Shown here: piece by piece, positions 47,791 through 55,586 of the stretch
How positions within the stretch are numbered: position 1 is the first letter of the stretch
How the letters are laid out: each line of letters opens with the position of its first letter
NCBI GenBank assembly: GCA_020723505.1
Contig: DYIT01000003.1
Coordinates: 29,893-93,892, forward strand
Direction: 5' to 3'
DNA length: 64,000 nucleotides
Origin: Candidatus Kuenenia stuttgartensis
GTDB lineage: Bacteria; Planctomycetota; JAKEIC01; DYIT01
The notes under the pieces: model-generated
What the model saw: only the letters and a program-made list of their open reading frames with translations
Told to the model about the DNA's origin: nothing
The model's database searches: none
Translations under genes and position numbers: made by a program

Positions 47791-47868
47791 CACGCGCGCA
47801 GCGCGTGTTATAACCCGGACAAGCCGGAACCTGAATCCCGGTTTGCTGACGGTTTGTCCGGATTATGA
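47791..47868. promoter_or_regulatory. Palindrome CACGCGC-GCA-GCGCGTG followed by inverted repeat TTATAACCCGGACAA–N31–TTGTCCGGATTATGA, immediately upstream of the msrA-cobO fusion gene.
   Basis: Seen directly. It shares the ATAACCCGGAC half-site with the 47225–47280 element. Confidence 0.45.
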
Positions 47869-47916
47869 ATGTATACTGGTGCACTCATTCGTAAAGGCGA
47901 CGATCAGAGGTGTCTC

Positions 47917-49011
47917 ATGAAAAGAAAGCTGACCCGTGAAGAGGAGGACGTCATTCTCCGCAAGGGGACCGAGGAGCCCTTCACCGGCAAGTACGACATG
48001 CACTTCGAGACGGCGTACTTCGCCGCGGGATGCTACTGGGGCGTGGAACACCACCTGAAGAAGGCCGGGGGCGTGATTTCCACGACCGTCGGCTTCATGG
48101 GCGGGAAGAAGGAGAATCCCGTCTACAAGGATGTCTGCGGGGGCGGGACCGGGCATGCCGAGACCGTCGAGGTCGTCTTCGATCCGGGGAAGACGCCGTT
48201 CGAGGACCTTACGAAGCTGTTCTTCGAAATCCACGATTTCACCCAGGCGGACGGTCAGGGACCGGACATCGGCATGCAATACAGGTCGGGAGTTTTCTAC
48301 ACGACTGCGGCCCAGAAGAAAACCGCCGAAAGGATTGTCGCCGCACTCGGGGATATGGGTTACGACGTGAAGACCGAAATCACGAAAGCCGGGCGTTTCT
48401 GGCCGGCCGAGGAAGCCCACCAGGACTACTACGACAAGAAGGCGGAACTGCCTTATTGCCACGTCAGGAAGAGGATTTTCCGAACCGGACCGCTCGTGAT
48501 GGTCCTGACCGGCGACGGCAAGGGGAAGAGCACGTCCGCTTTCGGCCAGGTCCTCCGCGCGTCCGGGCACGGGCTCAAGTCCCTCGTGGTGCAGTTCGTG
48601 AAATCGCCGCAGAGATACGGCGAAGTGAAGGCGCTCGAGAAAATCCCCGGCGTGGAGATTCACACGATGGGCAAGGGATTCGTCGGCGCCCCGGGAAAGC
48701 AGGGCATTGACATGAAGGAGCACGTCAAAGCCGCGGCCGGCGCCCTGGCCTTTGCAAAGCGCAAAGCTGGTTCGGGCGGATTCGACCTCATCGTGCTCGA
48801 CGAGATAAACTTCGCGCTGTCGAAGGAGCTCCTGTCGGAGCCCGAAATCATGGAGTTCCTCGACGGCCTGCAGGGGCCGATTGCCGTCATCCTCACGGGA
48901 AGAGGCGCCCCGGATTACCTCCTGGACCGCGCAGACCTCGTTACGGAGATGGTCGAGATAAAACACCATTACTCGAAGGGGATTAAGGCGAAGAAGGGAA
49001 TCGAGTTCTGA
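47917..49011 (+). CDS. Tri-partite in-frame fusion. It has an MsrB-like N-terminal remnant (~30 aa) and a peptide methionine sulfoxide reductase A domain. A cob(I)yrinic acid a,c-diamide adenosyltransferase (CobO/BtuR-type) domain follows.
   Basis: LTREEEDVILRKGTEEPFTGKY is an MsrB N-terminal signature, but the catalytic CGWPSF/RYCINS motifs are absent. AYFAAGCYWGVE...CGGGTGHAE...QYRSGVFY...YCHV is an MsrA domain. MVLTGDGKGKSTSAFG...VVQFVKS...LIVLDEINFAL...VILTGRGAP...ADLVTEM...GIEF matches CobO/BtuR. The start was chosen at ATG 47917 (AGAGGTG SD). ATG 47869 is the alternative. Confidence 0.75.
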   Translation: MKRKLTREEEDVILRKGTEEPFTGKYDMHFETAYFAAGCYWGVEHHLKKAGGVISTTVGFMGGKKENPVYKDVCGGGTGHAETVEVVFDPGKTPFEDLTKLFFEIHDFTQADGQGPDIGMQYRSGVFYTTAAQKKTAERIVAALGDMGYDVKTEITKAGRFWPAEEAHQDYYDKKAELPYCHVRKRIFRTGPLVMVLTGDGKGKSTSAFGQVLRASGHGLKSLVVQFVKSPQRYGEVKALEKIPGVEIHTMGKGFVGAPGKQGIDMKEHVKAAAGALAFAKRKAGSGGFDLIVLDEINFALSKELLSEPEIMEFLDGLQGPIAVILTGRGAPDYLLDRADLVTEMVEIKHHYSKGIKAKKGIEF

Positions 49012-49045
49012 CTTTGCCCGGCGGCTTCAGAGAGGGCAAAGTCAG
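49008..49045 (+). terminator. 12-bp-stem hairpin overlapping the stop codon of the fusion gene (possible U-tract-less terminator).
   Basis: CTGACTTTGCCC–N14–GGGCAAAGTCAG, perfect. No T-run follows. Confidence 0.35.
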
Positions 49046-49071
49046 CTGCCCGCTCCGCGGGGAATCGGAGA

Positions 49072-49122
49072 GTTTGGAATTTGGAATTTCGTTGGGATTT
49101 AAAGTTTGCGATTTGGGATTTG
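49072..49122. repeat. GGAATTT/GGGATTT heptad-periodic repeat element, locus A.
   Basis: GTTTGGAATTTGGAATTTCGTTGGGATTTAAAGTTTGCGATTTGGGATTTG. A near-identical 50-bp core recurs at 52888–52940. Confidence 0.7.
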
Positions 49123-50298
49123 TCAGCAGGCACGTTCCATTCGGCACATGCTACAACGCCGTCCTGCCGGTCCCCATCGCCGGTCTGGTATGCGGTTCTG
49201 TTCGCCGCTCTGGCTGCGTTCGCCTCCTGCGACGGCGACAAGGCCGGATGCCCGGCAGGATCGTGGCCCATGTTCAGGGCTTCCGAGGACAGGGCGGGCG
49301 CGTCTTCGTCGTCCGGGCCGAAAAGCACGCCGGAAATCCGCTGGACTTTCGACACGGGCTACAAGATCGCGTCCTCGGCCGCGGTCGGCGACGGGATGGT
49401 CTTCTTCGGCTCGTACGACAAGGTCTTCTACTGCCTCGACGCGGACAAGGGCAAGGAGGTCTGGCGGTTCGTCGGACGCGGCCCCATACGGTCATCGCCG
49501 CTGATTCACGAAGGGGCCGTGTATTTCGGCATCCTTCCTCCAAGGGGAGACCGCAAGGGGGGAATCGCCTGCCTCGACATGAAGACCGGAGCGCCGAGGT
49601 GGCAGACTGAAATCCTCGAGGGCGTGTCCTCTTCTCCGCTCATGGCAGGCGGATTCATCGTCGTCGGCGACCTCGGATCATGCCTGCGCGCCTTCGACCC
49701 CGCCACGGGAAAGGAAGCCTGGCATTTCAAGGCGGGCGACTGGATCCAGTCGTCCCCGGCCTTCTCCGGCGATACCGTGTATTTCGGCACGAAGGCGGGG
49801 CTTTTCTGGGCGGTTTCCGCCGCCACGGGCGCCGAGTCATGGAAATTCAAGGCCGGGGGCTACATCATTTCCACCCCCGCGGCGACGAAGAACAGGGTGA
49901 TATTCGGCGACGGCGACAAGACCGTGTACGGGCTCGATCGGGCCACGGGCAACGCGGCATGGATTTTCAAGGCGCGCGACTCCTTCATCTCCTCCGCCGC
50001 AGTCTCGGATGGAGTCGCTTATATCGGGTCCGCAGGCGGCAGGATGCATGCAATCGAAATCGCGACCGGAGCCCCGAGATGGGAGGCGGACACGGGCGCG
50101 GAGATCGCCTCCTCCCCGGCGGTCGCGGGCGGGATGCTCTACTGCGCGGCGGGCACGCGGCTCCTCGCGCTCAGGCTCAAGTCCGGTGAACAGGCGTGGG
50201 CGGTCGATTTGGGCGCGAAAATCAGCGCGTCCCCCGCCATGGCGGACGGCGTGATTCTCATCGGAACCGAGGAAGGAAAGTTCCATGCGCTTAAATAG
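49081..50298 (+). CDS. PQQ-like beta-propeller repeat lipoprotein (BamB family-like).
   Basis: Lipobox LAAFAS|C. Repeats include VFFGSYDKVFYCLDADKGKEVWRF, LRAFDPATGKEAWHF, VYGLDRATGNAAWIF and MHAIEIATGAPRWEA. The start is uncertain: ATG 49081 lies inside the heptad repeat and gives a ~35-aa n-region, and an alternative TTG exists. Confidence 0.75.
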   Translation: MEFRWDLKFAIWDLSAGTFHSAHATTPSCRSPSPVWYAVLFAALAAFASCDGDKAGCPAGSWPMFRASEDRAGASSSSGPKSTPEIRWTFDTGYKIASSAAVGDGMVFFGSYDKVFYCLDADKGKEVWRFVGRGPIRSSPLIHEGAVYFGILPPRGDRKGGIACLDMKTGAPRWQTEILEGVSSSPLMAGGFIVVGDLGSCLRAFDPATGKEAWHFKAGDWIQSSPAFSGDTVYFGTKAGLFWAVSAATGAESWKFKAGGYIISTPAATKNRVIFGDGDKTVYGLDRATGNAAWIFKARDSFISSAAVSDGVAYIGSAGGRMHAIEIATGAPRWEADTGAEIASSPAVAGGMLYCAAGTRLLALRLKSGEQAWAVDLGAKISASPAMADGVILIGTEEGKFHALK

Positions 50299-51451
50299 GA
50301 GCACGAAGACCGGCGGCGGAAAGCGCGGACCCGGGAAGGGCGGAAGCCTCGAATCCGGGCGGCGCGCCCCGGCAAGCCCTGGCGAAGCCGGCGAAGCGCC
50401 GGATTCCATGCGGGACCGGCGAGGCGCATGGCGCCTTTCCCTGCTGGATCTCGACGCCGCGGGCCTCGAGGCGTTCCTTGCCGGCATCGGAGAGCAGGCG
50501 TTCCGGGCGCGGCAGATCCGCGAATGGGTGTACAGGCGGAACATCATCGACTATGCGGCGATGACGAATATCCCCGCCATGCTCAGGGAGAAGCTATCGA
50601 GCGACCTCCCGGCGGACCCGTTCGCGTCGTGCGAGCCGGTCCGGACGGCTTCCGACGGCACCGAGAAGCTCGAACTCGCGACCCGGGACGGTGAGAGAAT
50701 CCAGACCGTCATAATACCGCAGGACCAGAGGGTCACCCTCTGCATTTCCACGCAGGCGGGATGCGCCCTGGCATGCGCTTTCTGCGCGACCGGCGCCGCG
50801 GGCTACAGGAGGAACCTGACAAGGGCGGAAATCCTCGGCCAGGTCGTGCATTCCACCGCGCGATCAGGCAGGAGAATCAGCAACGTCGTGTTCATGGGCA
50901 TGGGCGAGCCGCTGCTCAACTACCGCAACGTGATGTCCGCGGTCAGGGAGCTCGCCGACGAGAACGGCCTGGCAGTGGGCACGAGGAAGATTACCGTTTC
51001 GACCGTAGGCGTGGTTCAGGGAATCATCAGGATGTGCTCCGAGGAACTGCACCCGAACCTCGCGATTTCGCTGCATTCGGCCGACCAGAGACAGCGGGAA
51101 AAGCTCGCGCCCTCGGCCAGGAAGTGGAAGCTCGACGAAATCCTCGAGGCAGCCGAACTCTACGCGGCAGCTTGCGGCAGGCCCGTGACCTTCGAGTATA
51201 CGCTCATCGACGGCGTCAACTCGTCCCAGGCGGACGCCGACAGGCTCGGGAAGCTCCTCAAGAAACGCAGCGCAAAGGTCAACCTCATCCCCGTCAACCC
51301 CGTCCCGGGCATGAAATTCAAACCCCCCGACGGCGATTCAATCAGGCGCTTCAAGCTCAAAATCGAAGCCTACGGAATCATCGCCACGCTCCGGACAGGC
51401 CGCGGATCCGAAATCCAGGCCGCCTGCGGCCAACTCAAACCTCAGGTTTGA
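50285..51451 (+). CDS. rlmN: 23S rRNA (adenine2503-C2)-methyltransferase RlmN (radical SAM) with a basic/Gly-rich N-terminal extension.
   Basis: CALACAFCATG (CxxxCxxC) is present, along with ...GMGEPLLNY...VSTVG..., matching the RlmN/Cfr family. ATG 50285 has a GAGGAAGGAAAG SD and overlaps the upstream stop. ATG 50408 is the alternative and would remove the extension. Confidence 0.8.
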   Translation: MRLNRSTKTGGGKRGPGKGGSLESGRRAPASPGEAGEAPDSMRDRRGAWRLSLLDLDAAGLEAFLAGIGEQAFRARQIREWVYRRNIIDYAAMTNIPAMLREKLSSDLPADPFASCEPVRTASDGTEKLELATRDGERIQTVIIPQDQRVTLCISTQAGCALACAFCATGAAGYRRNLTRAEILGQVVHSTARSGRRISNVVFMGMGEPLLNYRNVMSAVRELADENGLAVGTRKITVSTVGVVQGIIRMCSEELHPNLAISLHSADQRQREKLAPSARKWKLDEILEAAELYAAACGRPVTFEYTLIDGVNSSQADADRLGKLLKKRSAKVNLIPVNPVPGMKFKPPDGDSIRRFKLKIEAYGIIATLRTGRGSEIQAACGQLKPQV

Positions 51452-51712
51452 TCCAGCGACTCTTCTCCGGCAGCTGTACCCCAGTTGGAGTCCCCCGGCT
51501 TCCATCGGAGTCGTTCCGGCAGTTCAGATCGGGAGCGTCATGAACCTCAGGTTTGATCCAGCGACTCTTTGGACTGCGCTCAGATTACATGCGGCTCCTC
51601 GCGCAGTCCATGTCAGGAGAAACGAAAGAACTTCTAGGAAACACACTCCTATGGTTAATTACCGTATGTCATGGCGAGCGCCTACCCGCTGGGCGGCGGG
51701 CGTTCGCGATCG

Positions 51713-52666
51713 TCACTTCGCCCTTTCGAGGTATTCGGTCGAGACGAACTTGTATTTCACCCTGCCGTTGGCGCCCGCCCTTTCCTTCGCTGTCCCGACC
51801 ACTATCCCCTCCCGGAGGTTGTCTGCGCCCGGGATTAGGGAAGGCCCATTGGACAAGGCGACGATCTTTTCGAAGTCGAAAGGCCCGCTGTAGACGATGG
51901 GAACGAAGAGGTCCTTGCAGATTCGGATGGTCTCGGTCTGGTCGAGGAACCTGCCGTCGAGGCCCATGACGTCGAACGATCGGAAGAACAGCTTTCCCTT
52001 TCCCGCCCCGTATTTGAGGTCCTGCACCTGCCCGAAGACCTCGCCGCACAGGATCAGGTTTTCGTTGGCCCTGCACCATTCCTCGATTCCCGGGTTCTGG
52101 GCCACGCACTGCCACCAGAGAATTCCCGGGTCGGGCTTCTTCCACGCCGTGTGCGACCTGGCCCACAGCCTGCCGTCGCGCCACAGATAGGCGGCGTTGG
52201 CTCCGTGGATCTTCTCGGTGGCAATCACTTCCTCTCCCGGGATGAACTCGTCCTTGTACCTGTATGCGGAGTCGATGTCGTATTTCGGCATTGGCACGGG
52301 AGCGGGTTCGTCTTCCCCGCCGGTCCGCCAGGAAACCGGGGGCTCGTAATGCGTGACGCCCAATGCTTCGGCCACGTCGTCCCCGATTCTCGACCCGGGC
52401 GGCGCGGGCCAGAGGAGCCCCTGGGAAACCACGCCGCGGAACTTCCTTACCCTGATGCGCCTACGTCCGGAGAGGAAAGCGAACTCGGGCCTGTCGGGGA
52501 CCACGGAATCCGGCGGGATATAGGCTCCCGTACTCCTGCCTTCCCATTCCCTGGTCTGTACAACGCAGGTGTAGCCCCATACGCGCACGATGGACAGCGT
52601 GTCGGCGTTCGGATGCTTTTCCAGGCTTATCGGAACCACCTCGACCTTGTGGGTTGAAAGCGCCAT
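51713..52666 (-). CDS. ATP-dependent RNA ligase with an N-terminal OB-like domain preceding the nucleotidyltransferase domain (DraRnl/Rnl5-like order).
   Basis: Motif I KIHGAN (KxxG lysine). The N-terminus MALSTHKVEVVPISLEKHPNADTLSIV precedes the NTase domain. The start is ATG 52666, with GGAGGGAA upstream. Confidence 0.7.
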   Translation of the reverse strand: MALSTHKVEVVPISLEKHPNADTLSIVRVWGYTCVVQTREWEGRSTGAYIPPDSVVPDRPEFAFLSGRRRIRVRKFRGVVSQGLLWPAPPGSRIGDDVAEALGVTHYEPPVSWRTGGEDEPAPVPMPKYDIDSAYRYKDEFIPGEEVIATEKIHGANAAYLWRDGRLWARSHTAWKKPDPGILWWQCVAQNPGIEEWCRANENLILCGEVFGQVQDLKYGAGKGKLFFRSFDVMGLDGRFLDQTETIRICKDLFVPIVYSGPFDFEKIVALSNGPSLIPGADNLREGIVVGTAKERAGANGRVKYKFVSTEYLERAK

Positions 52667-52887
52667 GAGGATTCCCTCCAAAACGCAGAGCAACTGAACA
52701 TATGCCAATCATACAGCGTTGGATTTCGGATTAAAGCGGCATGAAACCCCCAAGGTCCAGATTATAACGAGCAGAGCAATCTTCCTTTGGATTTTGGTTA
52801 TTGGAGTTCATTGGGCCCCTATGGTCGGGATTGTTTTGTTGTTGCGAACAAATTCGTGAGAACAACGTAACGTCTTGCATCTCTGAA

Positions 52888-53000
52888 GTTTGGGATTTGG
52901 ATTTTCGTTGGGATTTGGAATTTGGGATTTGGGGTTTGCGCAGCGTTTTGGTTGCGGCTTTGCTGCGTTATGATTTGGAGGTTGAAATTTGGAATTTCCT
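52888..53000. repeat. GGAATTT/GGGATTT heptad-periodic repeat element, locus B (longer and degenerate at the 3' side).
   Basis: GTTTGGGATTTGGATTTTCGTTGGGATTTGGAATTTGGGATTTGGGGTTTGCG...GATTTGGAGGTTGAAATTTGGAATTTCC. Confidence 0.7.
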
Positions 53001-53033
53001 GCACTTCGCCCATGCAGGACGAGCATTGTAAGG

Positions 53034-54410
53034 TCAGTCCCCCTCGCCCGGCGGACCTTTCCTCTCCTCCTTGTCCGGTCCCGGGACTTCCGGCGGGGCA
53101 TCGAGCCCGGCGGAGCGCTCGAGGGCTTTTTTCGCGTATTCATCGCCCGGGTAGGATTCCGCGAGCCGCTTGAACGTTCTGCGGGCTTCGTCGTTCAGGC
53201 CGAGCTTCATCTGGCAGTCGCCGAGATAGTAATAGGCTTTTGGCAGCACGGAGGCCGAATAGGGGTAGTCGCGGATGAACTCGGACATCTCCTGGGCGCA
53301 GCCTTTGAGGTCGTTCTTCTGGTATTTCGACATTCCCACGTACCATTTGGCGTCATCCACGAGTCCGGATTTCCCTGAATACACAACGATGTGGCCGAGG
53401 AAGGCGGCCGCGGCCTTGTCGTACTCCCTCTTGTAGAAATAGCACTTGCCGAGGTAGTAGGAGGAAGCCGCGGCGGCGTAGGACTCCGGATGGGCGTCGA
53501 TGATTTCGGCAAAAGCCGAGATGGCCCTGTCGAACAGGGAGAGCCTGTAGTACTGGAAGGCTTCCTTGTACGCGGTGTCTCCCTTGTCCGCGAAGGCTTT
53601 AATCTTCCCGACGGCGAAGGCGAGCGCGTCGTTCCTGAACTCGTCGAACGGCTTGTCCACGGCCGCTTCAATCGCCTTTTCCGCCGGCATCCTGTCGATT
53701 ACGAGCTTCTTCATGAAGAGCCTGTACTTGTCCGGTCCGAACCTCTCCACGAGGTAGTGGAAGACCAGCGAGTCCCTGGCGTAGTCGTTGCTTGCGTGCT
53801 TCGCCTTGAGGTCCTGAATCAGCGAGAAGGGATTGTCTTCCGCCTTGAGGCCCAGGATGTGCTGGACCCGGTCATCTTCCTGTCCCGCCATGTACACCGC
53901 GGTCCCTTCCCTGACCCATTGGGGGATTCTGAGGTACGCGTCCTGCGGCATGAGCTCGCGCATGATTGCGTGCGACATCTCATGGAGGAGCTTTTCGGCC
54001 GGATCAGCCTGGCCGTTCTTCAGGTATTCGAGGAAGAGATGTATCCGCTGGAATTCGCCCTGGGGCCCGGTCGCCGTGACCCTCTGGGCCTGCAAGCCGT
54101 TGAACTTCCTCGCCCCGTCCTCGTTCTGGTCCTCGAACCTGAGGACGATGGTGTATTTGTCCACGTAGGCGAGCCCCATCATCCTGTTCAGGTCCTCAAC
54201 GGTCTTCTTGCGCAGCGCAGGAATCCTGGCCGCGAGGTCGTCGAACCATTCGGTACCCGCGTACTTGCTGTCGGACTGGAGTTCGACGGCGTGTTCGAGC
54301 AGCCTTGCGATGTAGCCCGCCGTATTGTCCTCGGCGAGGGTAGCAAGCGGGATTGAAACCGCCGCCCACGCGGCGATCAGGGCCCACGCTGCGGTCTTCG
54401 GGATTTTCAT
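53034..54410 (-). CDS. Secreted putative Zn-metalloprotease (HExxH) with C-terminal TPR repeats.
   Basis: Signal peptide MKIPKTAAWALIAAWAAVSIPLATLA. It has an HEMSH motif. C-terminal TPR/YbgF-like repeats are present (YYLGKCYFYKREYDKAAAAF..., AYYYLGDCQMKLG). SD GGAGGT. Confidence 0.7.
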   Translation of the reverse strand: MKIPKTAAWALIAAWAAVSIPLATLAEDNTAGYIARLLEHAVELQSDSKYAGTEWFDDLAARIPALRKKTVEDLNRMMGLAYVDKYTIVLRFEDQNEDGARKFNGLQAQRVTATGPQGEFQRIHLFLEYLKNGQADPAEKLLHEMSHAIMRELMPQDAYLRIPQWVREGTAVYMAGQEDDRVQHILGLKAEDNPFSLIQDLKAKHASNDYARDSLVFHYLVERFGPDKYRLFMKKLVIDRMPAEKAIEAAVDKPFDEFRNDALAFAVGKIKAFADKGDTAYKEAFQYYRLSLFDRAISAFAEIIDAHPESYAAAASSYYLGKCYFYKREYDKAAAAFLGHIVVYSGKSGLVDDAKWYVGMSKYQKNDLKGCAQEMSEFIRDYPYSASVLPKAYYYLGDCQMKLGLNDEARRTFKRLAESYPGDEYAKKALERSAGLDAPPEVPGPDKEERKGPPGEGD

Positions 54411-54424
54411 TCAAGACCTCCGTT

Positions 54425-55351
54425 CTATCCGCGGATGCCGAAGAACCTCTCGCCGCGCGACATTGATTCGGCGAGCCTGCCCTCGGCCCTCATCGCATCA
54501 AGGATTTTCGCCACTTCGTCCTTCCCGGTCCCGAGTCCGGCCGCGATGTCCGTCAGTGTGCACGGCCTCCTGCGGAGCAGGGCTTCCACTTCCTCCCGTT
54601 TCGGACCCGGTCCTTGCGCTGCGACCGGGGACTTGAAGGACGCGATAATTTCGGCGCGGGACTCGAAGAGCGGGAGGACCCCCTCGAGCCTGTCCCTGGG
54701 CACGGCGGGAGCGGGGCCGCTCCTGGACACCCGTACGGTCGTGTTGAGCTCGACCACGTCCGGCCGGATGCCGTCCGCTATCTCCGCAATCCGCATGACC
54801 TGCTCCTCGGTATCGTTGACTCCGGAAACCAGGAACACCTCGAGACGGTACATGCCCTTGTACTCCCTCCTGAATTCCCTGAGCCCCCGGACGTACAGGT
54901 CCAGGGGAAGACCCGGGTGCGGCTTGTTAATCGCCTCAAAGGTTTTCTGGTCCGCCGCGTCGAGCGAGGGCATGACCATGTCCGCGGCCAGGAGGTCCTT
55001 CCTCAGCTCCGGCACGTGCAGCATGGTCCCGTTCGTTATGACAGCCACGGGGCCGCGGAAAAAGCCCTTTATCGCGGCAATCATCCTCCCGATACCGCTG
55101 TGCAGCGTCGGTTCGCCCGATCCGGAGAAAGTGATTACGTCGGGTTTCGACTCCGCGGCCGCCTGTTCCGCCTCGGCCAGGATCTCATGCTCCGGAACCC
55201 AGACCTTCCTCTCGAGGGTCCTGCAGGTCGTGGGGCCGACCTCGCAATAGACGCAGTCCAGCGAGCAGGTCTTGAGGGGGATTGCGTCTATGCCGAGGGA
55301 CCTGCCAAGCCTCCTCGACGCCACTGGACCGAATACGTGTCTGCGCCGCAT
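54425..55351 (-). CDS. Radical SAM protein.
   Basis: N-terminal FGPVASRRLGRSLGIDAIPLKTCSLDCVYCE (CxxxCxxC). Confidence 0.75.
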   Translation of the reverse strand: MRRRHVFGPVASRRLGRSLGIDAIPLKTCSLDCVYCEVGPTTCRTLERKVWVPEHEILAEAEQAAAESKPDVITFSGSGEPTLHSGIGRMIAAIKGFFRGPVAVITNGTMLHVPELRKDLLAADMVMPSLDAADQKTFEAINKPHPGLPLDLYVRGLREFRREYKGMYRLEVFLVSGVNDTEEQVMRIAEIADGIRPDVVELNTTVRVSRSGPAPAVPRDRLEGVLPLFESRAEIIASFKSPVAAQGPGPKREEVEALLRRRPCTLTDIAAGLGTGKDEVAKILDAMRAEGRLAESMSRGERFFGIRG

Positions 55352-55459
55352 CTCGATGTTCCGACGATTAGCCCGGCTTGCCGATGCCCGTCACGGCCGA
55401 TTCGCGGACCTTCCGGGTCACTTGCCGCAATGACAAGGAAATCCTACAACTTCCATCTC

Positions 55460-55499
55460 GGATTTTCGCGGTTTTCATTCAAAATCCCGCGGAAAATCC
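55460..55499. promoter_or_regulatory. Near-perfect palindrome GGATTTTCGCGG–N15–CCGCGGAAAATCC in the divergent radical-SAM/HEAT intergenic region (candidate operator). A TATAAT lies at 55541–55546.
   Basis: Seen directly. Confidence 0.35.
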
Positions 55500-55586
55500 G
55501 GCGGTAGGGGGCTCGCGGCGAAGTTCCATTTTCCGCCGGCCGGGTTATAATCTATCCGGACCGGTCAATGATTCGGAGGGATGCGG

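Noticed and set aside
47869-47916. ATG 47869 as the start of the msrA-cobO fusion gene.
   Set aside because: It lies 1 bp after the inverted-repeat element and has no SD. ATG 47917 has an AGAGGTG SD and still includes the MsrB-like segment. 47869 is kept as an alternative.
49106-49504. ORF 49106..49504 (+), which uses ATG 49148, as an alternative start region for the PQQ lipoprotein.
   Set aside because: It is in a different frame from the propeller protein. Its translation is Arg-rich with no signal peptide. The lipobox-containing frame is the one starting at 49081.
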